A DNA stretch of 64,000 bases from Acidimicrobiales bacterium (GCA_040219515.1 JAVJSI010000005.1:145243-209242); one strand, 5' to 3'. Counted from the stretch's first letter, positions 47,616-56,779 are shown. Notes: generated by a model not told the origin, from the sequence alone. Made by a program: numbers and translations.

Positions 47616-48376
47616 CGGACGGGTCCTTCCTTCGTGAGTACGGGGCCGAGGGCGGAGGTGAGGTCGGCGTCGAGCACGGACTGGGCGGCGACACCGCCGA
47701 CAACCAGGGTGGACGGGTTGACCACCGTCAGCTCGGGGAGACCTTCAAGGGTAGTGCGCTGTACGTGCTGGTCCGCGGTGGTTGCGGCGTGCACGGCGGC
47801 CACCGGAGTGGCGGGGTCCATGCCGCCGGCGATCAGGCGCTCGCTGATGACGGCGGTGCGGCTGGCCCCCATGAGGATGACCAGGGTGGTGCCCGTGCGG
47901 GCCAGCGCGTCCCAGTCGAGCCAACGGTCGGCGTGGGGATCCTGGTGGGCGGTGACGACGGTGAAGCCGCTGCTGATGCCGCGCATGGTGACGGGGATGC
48001 CGGCCGCGGCCGGCGCCGCGATGGCCGAGGTGATGCCCGGGACCTCGTGGACGGCGATGCCGGCGGCTCGCAGTTCGAGCGCCTCTTCGCCACCGCGACC
48101 GAACACGAAGGGGTCGCCGCCCTTGAGGCGCACGACACAGCCGAAACGTCGACCGCGATCGACGAGAATGTCGTTGATGCGGGCTTGGGCATCGGCGGGA
48201 GCGCCGGGGTGCTTGCCGACGTCGACGAGCTCTGCCCACGGCGGCGCGATCTCGAGGATGCGGGGGTCGACCAGGCGGTCGAACACGACCACATCGGCCC
48301 GTTCGAGCAGACGAACGGCCTTGACGGTGAGGAGATCGGGATCACCGGGACCGGCGCCGACGAGGTGCACCGTCAT
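47612..48376 (-). CDS. cobA: Uroporphyrinogen-III C-methyltransferase.
   Basis: LVGAGPGDPDLLTVKA and VVRLKGGDPFVFGRGGEE are the SUMT motifs. Confidence 0.85.
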   Translation of the reverse strand: MTVHLVGAGPGDPDLLTVKAVRLLERADVVVFDRLVDPRILEIAPPWAELVDVGKHPGAPADAQARINDILVDRGRRFGCVVRLKGGDPFVFGRGGEEALELRAAGIAVHEVPGITSAIAAPAAAGIPVTMRGISSGFTVVTAHQDPHADRWLDWDALARTGTTLVILMGASRTAVISERLIAGGMDPATPVAAVHAATTADQHVQRTTLEGLPELTVVNPSTLVVGGVAAQSVLDADLTSALGPVLTKEGPVR

Positions 48377-49008
48377 GACGCCACCTCGGTGGTCAGCCCC
48401 AGGTATTCCCGGAGTACGGCGCGAGCGTCCTCGATGCGTCCGGCCCGCACGAGGCCGAGCAGATCGGCATCGAGGGCGTCGTCCCATCCGTCGACCTCGG
48501 AGGTGCCGAACGCGGCGCGGGCTTCGGCCCGGGTCTCCGAGAGGAGGTCGAGGAGCTGGTCGTAGCCGCCCGAGAGCTCGCGTTCGTAGCGACGGCGGAG
48601 CCAGCGGGCCAGGCCCGGGCTGCGGCCGTTGGTGGAGATGGCGACCTGGAGGTCGCCGTGGCGGGCCACCGCGGGCAGCGTGAACGAGCAGTTGGCCGGA
48701 TCGTCGGCGGAGTTGACGAACACCCCCGCGGTGTCGCCGTCGGACGCCACGAGGGCGTTGACGTCGTGGTCGTCGGTGGCCGTGATCGCGAGCCGGTAGG
48801 ACGCGACCTCGCCGCGCTGGTACCGACGCTGGAACCAGCGCACGTCGGGGTCGTCGGTGATCTCGCGAACGGCCTTCGGTGCGACGACCGTGACCGAGGC
48901 GCCGGCCCGCAGGAGTCCGGCCACTTTGCGGGCGGCGACGGCGCCACCGCCCACGACGAGGACGGGCCGACCGTCGAGTTCGAGGTTGACGGCGTAGGAG
49001 GTGTTCAT
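48373..49008 (-). CDS. Precorrin-2 dehydrogenase / sirohydrochlorin ferrochelatase (SirC/Met8-like).
   Basis: LVVGGGAVAARKVAGLLRAGASVTVVAP is the NAD-binding motif of the CysG N-domain family. ATGA overlap with cobA. Confidence 0.75.
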   Translation of the reverse strand: MNTSYAVNLELDGRPVLVVGGGAVAARKVAGLLRAGASVTVVAPKAVREITDDPDVRWFQRRYQRGEVASYRLAITATDDHDVNALVASDGDTAGVFVNSADDPANCSFTLPAVARHGDLQVAISTNGRSPGLARWLRRRYERELSGGYDQLLDLLSETRAEARAAFGTSEVDGWDDALDADLLGLVRAGRIEDARAVLREYLGLTTEVAS

Positions 49009-49709
49009 TGGTGGAGCCCGCACTCGGTCTTGGCGGTACCCACCCAACGGCCCGCACGCGGATCGCCGGCATCGGCCGGCGCCGTGCACGGCCAGCAGCC
49101 GATCGACGGGTAGCCCTCGTACGTGAGCGGGTTGACCAGCACGTCGTGCTCGAGCATGTAGCGCTGGATGTCGTCGGCGGACCAGCCGGCCAGCGGATTG
49201 ATCTTCACGAGCCCGCGAAGGTCGAGGTCGACGATGGGGACGTCGGCTCGTTGCGGACTGTCGTCGCGGCGAAGGCCCGACATCCAGGCGTCGGCGTTGG
49301 CGACGAGGTGACGTTCGAGCGGGGCGACCTTGCGGCTGCCGCAGCACGTGTCGGTGCCGTGATTCCAGACATCGGCCGCGGTGGGGGCGGGGCGCAGCAC
49401 CGTGAGGTTCAGGGCGTACCGGGCCATCGCCTTGCGCACCGTGGCGAGTGTCTCCGCGAAATGGAAGCCGGTGTCGATGAAGACGACCTCGATGTCGGGC
49501 TCGACGGCCACGGCGAGATCGATCAGCAACGTGTCGGCGAAGGATGCGCTCAGGTTCAGGCGGGCGCCGAACTCCTCGACGGCCCAGGCGATGACATCGC
49601 CGGGATGGCTGCCCTCGAACCGGGCGCTCATCGCGGCGGCGTCGGCAGCGCTCCAACGAGCGGCGGTGCGGAGAGCGACAGGCGTGTCTACGAGCGTCAT
49701 CGGGGCCAA
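49005..49709 (-). CDS. cysH: Phosphoadenosine phosphosulfate (or APS) reductase.
   Basis: PAPS_reduct fold with a C-terminal CC...C cluster (CCGSRKV...CWPCT), which suggests the Fe-S APS-reductase type. Confidence 0.85.
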   Translation of the reverse strand: MAPMTLVDTPVALRTAARWSAADAAAMSARFEGSHPGDVIAWAVEEFGARLNLSASFADTLLIDLAVAVEPDIEVVFIDTGFHFAETLATVRKAMARYALNLTVLRPAPTAADVWNHGTDTCCGSRKVAPLERHLVANADAWMSGLRRDDSPQRADVPIVDLDLRGLVKINPLAGWSADDIQRYMLEHDVLVNPLTYEGYPSIGCWPCTAPADAGDPRAGRWVGTAKTECGLHQ

Positions 49710-49840
49710 TCCAGTTAATTCTGATCAGTACAGTCGGGATTACGATTCTCACCCTAAGGGCGGCCCCGAAGTGAATACACCTAATTCCGATCATTTTTGT
49801 CAGGTATTAGTCCGGACATTCAGGGGCTAGAAAACAGCTC

Positions 49841-50101
49841 ATGAAGCGTTCGATCGACGATCACCCCGCAACCCCCGAGGACATCCCGCCCGGGTGGGAG
49901 GACGACCTCGCACCGGTGTCCTGGGCGATCCAGATCAGCGACGACTACGACGACGCCACGCCCCGGGTGGTCCTGACCGTCGAAGAGGTCGGGCGCCCGG
50001 CCGAAGGACTCATGACCCACCTCCGACCGGATCTCGCCCGCCGTCTGCGCCTTGCGATCCGCGACGCGCTCGTGGAGATCGGCGAGGACCCGGGCCGCTA
50101 G
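49841..50101 (+). CDS. Hypothetical small acidic protein, 86 aa.
   Basis: ORF downstream of an AT-rich divergent promoter region. No recognisable motif. Confidence 0.35.
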   Translation: MKRSIDDHPATPEDIPPGWEDDLAPVSWAIQISDDYDDATPRVVLTVEEVGRPAEGLMTHLRPDLARRLRLAIRDALVEIGEDPGR

Positions 50102-50391
50102 TCAGGGGGACGGGTCACCGTGCGGCGGTCGCCGTCTCGCACCGCGAGGCCGACCTTCACGAGGATGAAGCCCACCCCACTGGCCAGTACCACGAGCGTC
50201 AGGAGTTGGGCGTAGCCACCACGGTCGCCAGGATTCTCGGGTGCGGGACCGGCATCGGCACACCCGATGATCGTGCGGCAGGCGTCGGGAATGTCGTCGT
50301 CCTGGCCGGCGGCGGGGTCGGCGAACGAGAGCGCCACGATCAGGCACAACATCGCCGCGCCGAGGCCTCGCCCGATCCGCGTGGCCCTCAT
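50098..50391 (-). CDS. Hypothetical small secreted/membrane protein.
   Basis: A signal-peptide-like N-terminus (MRATRIGRGLGAAMLCLIVALS), four Cys residues and a C-terminal TM helix. Start placed at the internal ATG. Confidence 0.3.
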   Translation of the reverse strand: MRATRIGRGLGAAMLCLIVALSFADPAAGQDDDIPDACRTIIGCADAGPAPENPGDRGGYAQLLTLVVLASGVGFILVKVGLAVRDGDRRTVTRPPD

Positions 50392-51191
50392 GATCGCTGT
50401 GTCACTTCGCCGGTGGAGGCGCCGAGGTAGCTCGGCTTGTCGCCGCCGCCGTGGACGGGGATCGTGCACCCACTGACCCAGCGAGCGAGCGGGGAGGCGC
50501 AGAAGAGCACGACGTCGGCGATCTCCTCGGGCACGCCCATGCGGCCGAGGGCGAGGGTGTCGCCCACCGCGGCGATGCCGGCGTCATCGCCGTAGAAGAG
50601 ATGCGCTTCCTCGGTCACGATGAGGCCGACGACGGGCGCGATCACCCGGATCTTCGGGCCCCATTCGACGGCGAGCGTCTCCGTGGCGTTGATGAGCCCG
50701 GCCTTCGCCGCGCCGTAGGCCACGCCCGCGGGGTTCGCTCGGGTGCCGGAGACCGAGGCGATGTTGATGATCACGCCGCCGTCGTCCTGCGCCTGCATCT
50801 GGTCGTGGACCGCTTGGGCGAACGCGATCGGGGCGAGCAGGTTGAGGGCCACGATCTTCTCGTTGAATCGGGGCGAGACGGAGGCACTCTCGGCCGGCGG
50901 TGCGCCGCCGGCGTTGTTGACGAGCACATCGACCCGTCCGGTGGCCTCGACGGTGGCAGCCACGACGGCGGCCACCTGGTCGGGTTCGCGGACATCGCAG
51001 GGCACGAAGGTGGCGGTACGGCCGTCGGCGTGGACAGCAGAATCCGGTTCACGCCGAGCGCAGACCACGACGTCGGCCCCCTGCTCGAGGAATCGTTCGG
51101 CGATGACCCGGCCGAGACCCTTCGTGCCACCGGTCACGATGACGGTACGTCCGGTCATGTCGAGCGGGTCGGTGGGGGTGTTGGCATCGGA
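50388..51191 (-). CDS. SDR-family oxidoreductase.
   Basis: VTGGTKGLGR, NNAG and YGAAK. Confidence 0.8.
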   Translation of the reverse strand, partial: SDANTPTDPLDMTGRTVIVTGGTKGLGRVIAERFLEQGADVVVCARREPDSAVHADGRTATFVPCDVREPDQVAAVVAATVEATGRVDVLVNNAGGAPPAESASVSPRFNEKIVALNLLAPIAFAQAVHDQMQAQDDGGVIINIASVSGTRANPAGVAYGAAKAGLINATETLAVEWGPKIRVIAPVVGLIVTEEAHLFYGDDAGIAAVGDTLALGRMGVPEEIADVVLFCASPLARWVSGCTIPVHGGGDKPSYLGASTGEVTQRS

Positions 51192-51288
51192 CATCTGCGA
51201 AACCCTACCCGCGCGTGTTCGCACGACCCGTAGCCGTCGCCTACCGTCATGGCGGTTTCTGACGCAGTATCAGATGACGCGTGAGCCG

Positions 51289-52164
51289 ATGATGAGGAGC
51301 AATGTGCCCGACAAACGAATGACCGAGGACGAGGTCGTCGGTGAACTCGAGAGCGGGATGACCATCGGCATCGCCGGCTGGGGATCTCGACGCAAGCCGA
51401 TGTCGTTGGTGCGAGCGATCCTTCGCAGCGATCTGACCGACCTGCACATCGTCTCCTACGGCGGACCCGACGTCGGCATCCTCACTGCCTCGGGCAAGGC
51501 CACGAAGGTCACCTACGGCTTCGTGTCACTCGACTCGATCCCGCTCGAGCCGCACTTCCGGGCCGCCCGTCAGGCGGGCACACTCGAGGACTTCATGGAG
51601 CTCGACGAGGGCGCGTTCTATCTCGGTCTCATGGCGGCAGCCCACCGGGTGCCCTTCTACCCGACCCGGGCCGGGCTCGGTACCGCGATGCTGTCCGAGA
51701 ATCCGTCGCTCAAGACCGTCACGTCGCCCTACGCCGATGGCGAGGAACTGGTGGCGATCCCGGCCTTCGAGATGGACGCGGTGCTGCTCCACATGAACCG
51801 CGCCGACGCCAAGGGCAACGGCCAGTTCCTCGGCCCCGACCTCTACTTCGACGACCTGTTCGCCATGGCGGGCAAGAAGACCTACATGTCGGCCGAGAAG
51901 ATCATCCCCACCGAGAAGTTCCTCGAGGAGGGTCCGGTCCACACGTTGCGGATTCCCCGGGTCCACGTCGATGGCGTGGTCGAGGCGCCGATGGGGGCCC
52001 ACTTCACCGAGTGCCCGCCCGACTACGGCCGCGACGAGGCGTTCCAGAGAGAATACGCGGCCACCGCGAAGGACCCCGACGCCTGGGCCCGGTTCCGTAC
52101 CGACTGGCTCGAGCTCGAATCGCACGAGGCCTACCGAGCCAAACTCCAGGAAAGGGGCGACTGA
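51289..52164 (+). CDS. ipdA: CoA-transferase subunit A (IpdA-like; glutaconate-CoA-transferase family).
   Basis: SGMTIGIAGWGSRRKP closely matches the mycobacterial IpdA N-terminus as I recall it from memory. The start is uncertain among ATG/GTG codons at 51274-51319. Confidence 0.75.
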   Translation: MMRSNVPDKRMTEDEVVGELESGMTIGIAGWGSRRKPMSLVRAILRSDLTDLHIVSYGGPDVGILTASGKATKVTYGFVSLDSIPLEPHFRAARQAGTLEDFMELDEGAFYLGLMAAAHRVPFYPTRAGLGTAMLSENPSLKTVTSPYADGEELVAIPAFEMDAVLLHMNRADAKGNGQFLGPDLYFDDLFAMAGKKTYMSAEKIIPTEKFLEEGPVHTLRIPRVHVDGVVEAPMGAHFTECPPDYGRDEAFQREYAATAKDPDAWARFRTDWLELESHEAYRAKLQERGD

Positions 52165-52934
52165 TGTCCGAAGCCACGACGAGTGACGTCACGCTCGACG
52201 AGATCTGCATCGTCGCCATCGCCGAAGCCTTCCGGGGCGACGGCGAGGTGCTGTGCAACCCGATGGGTCCCGTGCCCGTCATCGCCGGCCGGCTGGCGCG
52301 AGCCACGTTCGAGCCCGACCTGATGCTGACCGACACCATCGCCTATGCGATCGAGGGGAACCTTCCCTTCGGCGGTGATTCGAGCGACGCGGTGATCGAG
52401 TCCTACATGCCGTTCCGTTCGATCTTCGATCAGGTGTGGTCGGGCAAGCGTCACGTCGTGATGGGGGCGAGTCAGATCGACCGCCACGGCAACCAGAACT
52501 TCGCGGCGATCGGTGAGTACCGCAAGCCCAAGGCGCAGCTGCTCGGCATGCGCGGCGCCCCGGGCAACCTCATCAACCACGCCACGACGTACTGGGTCCC
52601 GAACCAGGCCCGTGCGTTCAGCGAAACCGTCGACGTCGTGTCCGGACCCGGCTACGACCGCATCGCCGAGCTCCCCGAAGCGAGCCGGGCCCACTTCGAG
52701 ATCCGCCGGGTCGTCACTGATCTCGGCGCCTACGACTTCGAATCCGACGACCGCACGATGCGAGTTCGCTCCCTGCACCCGGGCGTCACGCTCGAGCAGG
52801 CCCAGGAGGCATCGCCGTTCGAACTGACCGTCACCGGCGATGTGCCCGAGTCGCGACTCCCGACCGATGACGAGTTGGCCCTCATCCGCGACGTGTTCGA
52901 CCCCGAAGGCGTGCGCAAGAGCGAGTTCCGCTGA
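52164..52934 (+). CDS. ipdB: CoA-transferase subunit B (IpdB-like).
   Basis: Glutaconate-CoA-transferase beta-subunit-like. The TGATG stop/start overlap with subunit A and an AAAGGGG Shine-Dalgarno sequence are present. Confidence 0.75.
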   Translation: MSEATTSDVTLDEICIVAIAEAFRGDGEVLCNPMGPVPVIAGRLARATFEPDLMLTDTIAYAIEGNLPFGGDSSDAVIESYMPFRSIFDQVWSGKRHVVMGASQIDRHGNQNFAAIGEYRKPKAQLLGMRGAPGNLINHATTYWVPNQARAFSETVDVVSGPGYDRIAELPEASRAHFEIRRVVTDLGAYDFESDDRTMRVRSLHPGVTLEQAQEASPFELTVTGDVPESRLPTDDELALIRDVFDPEGVRKSEFR

Positions 52935-54079
52935 TGGACCTGGAGCTCGCCCCTCGCTATGTGGCGTTCCGCGAGGAGTGTCGATCGTGGCTCGACGCCT
53001 ACAACCCCGGCCGCATCGAGTCGATGGACACCGCGGCGGGCTTCGAGGCGCATCGCGAGTGGGAACGGGTCCTCTTCGAGGGTGGCTGGTCGGTGCCGGG
53101 GTGGCCGGTGGCCTACGGCGGGCGCGACTGCGACCTGATCGAGTGGCTCATCTACGAGGAGGAATACTGGCTCTCCGGTGTTCCCGGCCGGGTCAGCGCC
53201 AACGGCGTGAGCCTGCTGGCGCCCACGATCTTCAACTTCGGTACGCAGGAACAGCAGGACGAGTTCCTGCCCAAGATGGCCAGCGGCGAACACATCTGGG
53301 CCCAGGGCTGGAGTGAGCCCGAAGCAGGCAGCGATCTCGCCGGCATCAAGACCAAGGCCATCCGCGATGGCGACCACTATGTGCTCAACGGCCAGAAGAC
53401 GTGGTGCTCGCGTGGTGCCTTCGCCGACTGGATCTTCTGCATCGTGCGCACCGATCCCGATGCCGAGCGTCACGCCGGCCTCACCTACCTCCTCGTGCCG
53501 GCCGATGCGCCGGGCATGGAACGTCGCCCCATCGGGCGACTCGACGGCGAACCCGGCTTCGCCGAGCTGTTCTTCGACGACTGCCGTGTCTCGGTCGACA
53601 ATGTTCTCGGCGAGGAGGGCCAGGGCTGGGCCGTGGCCATGGCGGCCGCCGGCTCCGAACGCGGCCTCAACCTCCGCAGCCCGGGCCGCTTCATGGCGGC
53701 CGCCGAACGGCTGACCGCAATGGTCCGCGCCATGAAGGCCGAGGGCCGTGAGATCGATCCTCGTCTGCGTGACGAGGTCACCGATGCGTGGACGCGGGCG
53801 CAGGCCTATCGCTGGCAGACCTACATGATCGCGGCGAAGCTCATGGACGGCGCCGAGATCGGTTCGGAGGCGAGCCTCATGAAGGTCTTCTGGTCCGAGA
53901 TGGACCTGGAACTCCATGCCACCGCGCTGCGCCTCCTGGGCGAGAACGGCGAGGTCACCAGCCACAACGACTGGCTCGACGGCTACGTCTTCGCACTGTC
54001 CGGCCCGATCTACGCGGGCACCAACGAGATCCAGCGCAACATCATCGCCGAGCGGGTGCTCGGTCTGCCCCGGAGGTAA
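52934..54079 (+). CDS. Acyl-CoA dehydrogenase, alpha subunit of a heteromeric pair.
   Basis: ACAD N/M/C domains with the FAD/substrate motifs (GWSEPEAGSDL...YAGTNEIQRNII). Confidence 0.85.
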   Translation: MDLELAPRYVAFREECRSWLDAYNPGRIESMDTAAGFEAHREWERVLFEGGWSVPGWPVAYGGRDCDLIEWLIYEEEYWLSGVPGRVSANGVSLLAPTIFNFGTQEQQDEFLPKMASGEHIWAQGWSEPEAGSDLAGIKTKAIRDGDHYVLNGQKTWCSRGAFADWIFCIVRTDPDAERHAGLTYLLVPADAPGMERRPIGRLDGEPGFAELFFDDCRVSVDNVLGEEGQGWAVAMAAAGSERGLNLRSPGRFMAAAERLTAMVRAMKAEGREIDPRLRDEVTDAWTRAQAYRWQTYMIAAKLMDGAEIGSEASLMKVFWSEMDLELHATALRLLGENGEVTSHNDWLDGYVFALSGPIYAGTNEIQRNIIAERVLGLPRR

Positions 54080-54083
54080 GGCG

Positions 54084-55073
54084 ATGCGATTCTCGTTCAC
54101 CGACGAACAGGACATGTTCCGCGACACGGTACGCGACCTCTTCGGCGATCTCTGCCCGCCCGACGCCGTGCGGGCCAGTTGGGACAACGACGATGGTCGG
54201 GTCCCTGGCTTGTGGTCGGCGCTGGCCGACATGGGTGTCCTCTCGGTCCTCGCGCCCGAGGCCGCCGGTGGGCTCGGGATGGACGAGGTCGATTTCGTCC
54301 GAATCCTCGAAGAAGCCGGCTACGCCGGCGTGCCCGACCCGCTGATGGAACATGCGGCGGTCGCCGTTCCTGCGTTGGCCGAAGCCGATTCTCCGCATCT
54401 GGCCGGTGCGCTGAGCGGCGAGACCACCTGCACAGTGGCGCTGGCCGGTGCCTCCTATGCCGTCGGTGCGGCGGGCGCGGACCTGCTGATCGCCGATCGC
54501 GACGGCGCGTTGGTGGCGGCGACCGCCTGGACGGCCGACGACACGACGTCGATCGATCAGTCGCGCCGGCTGGCCAGGGTCTCCGAGATCGTGTCGGCCG
54601 ACGACCTCGTCGGCGCCGATCCCGAGATCGCATTCGATCGCGCCGCGTTGGGCACCGCGGCGCAGTGCGTCGGAGTCGCCCGCCGCCTGCTCGACGCCAC
54701 TGTCGAATACGTCGGCGAGCGCTACCAGTTCGGCAAGCCCGTGGGCAGCTACCAGGCCGTGAAGCACCATCTCGCCGATGTCCGGCTCGGGATCGAGTTC
54801 GCGGCGCCGCTCGTGTACCGGGCCGCCTGGTCGGTGGCCCATCCCGAGTCGCACGACGCGCCCACCCGTGGACGAGACGTGTCGATGGCGAAGGCCGCGG
54901 CGTCCGATGCCGTCGACGAGGCCTGCCGCGCCGCACTCCAGTGCCACGGCGCGATCGGCTACACGTTCGAATACGACCTGCAGCTCTGGCTCAAGCGGGG
55001 CTGGGCGCTGGCCTCGGCCCACGGCGACACTCGCTGGCACCGCGACCGGGTGGCCGACGCCATCGGCATCTGA
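54084..55073 (+). CDS. Acyl-CoA dehydrogenase-like beta subunit.
   Basis: ACAD fold, but shorter (329 aa) and lacking the canonical catalytic-base context. This is typical of the second subunit in alpha2beta2 steroid ACADs. Confidence 0.7.
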   Translation: MRFSFTDEQDMFRDTVRDLFGDLCPPDAVRASWDNDDGRVPGLWSALADMGVLSVLAPEAAGGLGMDEVDFVRILEEAGYAGVPDPLMEHAAVAVPALAEADSPHLAGALSGETTCTVALAGASYAVGAAGADLLIADRDGALVAATAWTADDTTSIDQSRRLARVSEIVSADDLVGADPEIAFDRAALGTAAQCVGVARRLLDATVEYVGERYQFGKPVGSYQAVKHHLADVRLGIEFAAPLVYRAAWSVAHPESHDAPTRGRDVSMAKAAASDAVDEACRAALQCHGAIGYTFEYDLQLWLKRGWALASAHGDTRWHRDRVADAIGI

Positions 55074-55112
55074 TCAAACAGTCCTGATCAAACAGTCCTG
55101 ATCAAACTGTGA
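55071..55112. repeat. 14-bp tandem repeat, TGATCAAACAGTCC x3 (third copy imperfect).
   Basis: Read directly. It spans the stop codons of two convergent genes. Confidence 0.85.
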
Positions 55113-55290
55113 CGAGGGTCCGGTGCGATTCGCTCGCCTTGTTGGCGTAGCCGTTCGCCGTCTTCACGAGGTGGGAGCCACGTCGTGACTCGCAGTCGTC
55201 GCAGGTGACCCGGTAGCGGCCGAGGCGACCAGGTCGGGCCTGGCCCTCGAGATCGCCGCACAGATTGCAGCAGTGGTGGTCGGTGCTCAT
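55102..55290 (-). CDS. Small zinc-ribbon protein (about 62 aa).
   Basis: MMSTDHHCCNLCGD...VTCDDCES has a CxxC...CxxC pattern. AGGGAGA lies 5 nt upstream of the second ATG. It is not listed as its own ORF because it sits inside a long spurious ORF. Confidence 0.4.
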   Translation of the reverse strand: MSTDHHCCNLCGDLEGQARPGRLGRYRVTCDDCESRRGSHLVKTANGYANKASESHRTLVTV

Positions 55291-55413
55291 CATTTCTCCC
55301 TGATGACTCTCCAAGGGAGATCGGCAGGGTGACGGCATCGATGAATGGGCCGGTCGGACCCACTTCCCGCCGACATGAGCCGTTCGGCCCACGAGGTGTG
55401 ATAGCTCCTGGGC

Positions 55414-56742
55414 ATGCGCTGGTCGTGTTCCTTCCTCCTGGTGATCGTTCTCGCAGCATCCTGCGGTGGTGACGATGCCACCGGCCCCGACGCCGACGAC
55501 TCCGACTCGTCGGCGTCCGACGTCGGCGTCGGATCGACGAGTACCACCACCCTGCGGCCGCCCCCGCCCACCGACCCACCCGAGCGACCCGATCCGACGA
55601 TCGGTGACCTGGTCATTCCTTGTCAGCCGGCCGATGCGGTCGAGCTTCCCGCGCGCCCCGGGGTCACCGATGACGTGATCGTCATCGGGACCGGTTCGGA
55701 CCGCGGCGGCATCGGGACCCCCGAGGCCGGTGTGGGCATCATCGAGATGATCGAGGCGCTCGTCGACCTGTGCAACGCGAACGGTGGTATCGACGGTCGG
55801 GACCTGCGGGTCGAGGAGTACGACGCGGCGGCGTTCGAGGCCGAGGACCGGGTCGAAGAGGCGTGTGCCGAGGTCGTGGCCCTGGTCGGTCAACAGTTCC
55901 TCCAGGAGGTGGAGACCGCCTTGACGGCCAACGCGTGTGGTCTCCCGCTGTTCAGCGCCGGGACGAACCTGGTGCCGACCTCGCCATTCGGACTCCAGGC
56001 CCAGTTCGCGGCGTTGTTCGCCGATCCCGAGAGCGCCGGCACGGTCGTCCTCGTGGGGCCCGACACGCCGCTGGCCTCGCTCGAGCGGGCCAGCCGGCGC
56101 CAGGCCATCGAGTTGTCGGGTGAGCTTCTCACCGTCGTGGGCGAGGTCGCCTATCCGATCGATTCGGTGCCGGACTGGTCGCGCATCGCGGGCGAGGCTC
56201 GTGCGCTCGGTGGGGGCCAGGTGCACCTCGACGGCGGCTGTGCCCAGGCCGTTCTCCCGTTCGTCGACGTCGCCGACGCAGCGGGGTGGCAGCCGATCGT
56301 GGTCGCCACGGCTGCGGCCTACGACCCGGCGTGTCTGGCCACGCCCCAGCCCGATCGCCTGCTCATCGAAATTCCGTTCCTTCCCTACGAGGACGGCGCT
56401 GCGGCACCGGCCACGGCTGCCCACGGCGAGTTGCTGGATCAGGTCGGCGCACCGCGGACGGGCGCCGGGCTGTTGGCCGCCACCGAGTTCTGGCGGTGGG
56501 CCACGGCGGCCGGCGAGTGTCTGGCCGACACTGATCCGACCTGCTTCGCAACCGCCCGCGCGGCCCAGGACGATTGGACGGCAGGTGGGCTTCATCCGGC
56601 CATCGCCGCCGATGGCACATCCGACGGTTGTGCGGTGGTGCTCGGCGTGGGCGACGGCGAGTTCGTGCGTCGGCTCCCCTCGGAGCCGGGTACCTACGAC
56701 TGTGCGCCGGAGCGCAGCATCCGTCTTCCGCCGATCGCCTGA
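55414..56742 (+). CDS. Lipoprotein; periplasmic-binding-protein type I (Leu/Ile/Val-binding-like) solute-binding protein.
   Basis: A signal peptide with a lipobox (LAASCGG), an S/T/P linker and a Peripla_BP_6-like pattern (VIVIGTGSDRGGIG...NANGGIDGRDLRVEEYD). No permease genes are adjacent, so it looks orphan. Confidence 0.55.
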   Translation: MRWSCSFLLVIVLAASCGGDDATGPDADDSDSSASDVGVGSTSTTTLRPPPPTDPPERPDPTIGDLVIPCQPADAVELPARPGVTDDVIVIGTGSDRGGIGTPEAGVGIIEMIEALVDLCNANGGIDGRDLRVEEYDAAAFEAEDRVEEACAEVVALVGQQFLQEVETALTANACGLPLFSAGTNLVPTSPFGLQAQFAALFADPESAGTVVLVGPDTPLASLERASRRQAIELSGELLTVVGEVAYPIDSVPDWSRIAGEARALGGGQVHLDGGCAQAVLPFVDVADAAGWQPIVVATAAAYDPACLATPQPDRLLIEIPFLPYEDGAAAPATAAHGELLDQVGAPRTGAGLLAATEFWRWATAAGECLADTDPTCFATARAAQDDWTAGGLHPAIAADGTSDGCAVVLGVGDGEFVRRLPSEPGTYDCAPERSIRLPPIA

Positions 56743-56779
56743 CCTCCGGCCGGAGGTCGGCGACCCAGGAAAGGGCGGG

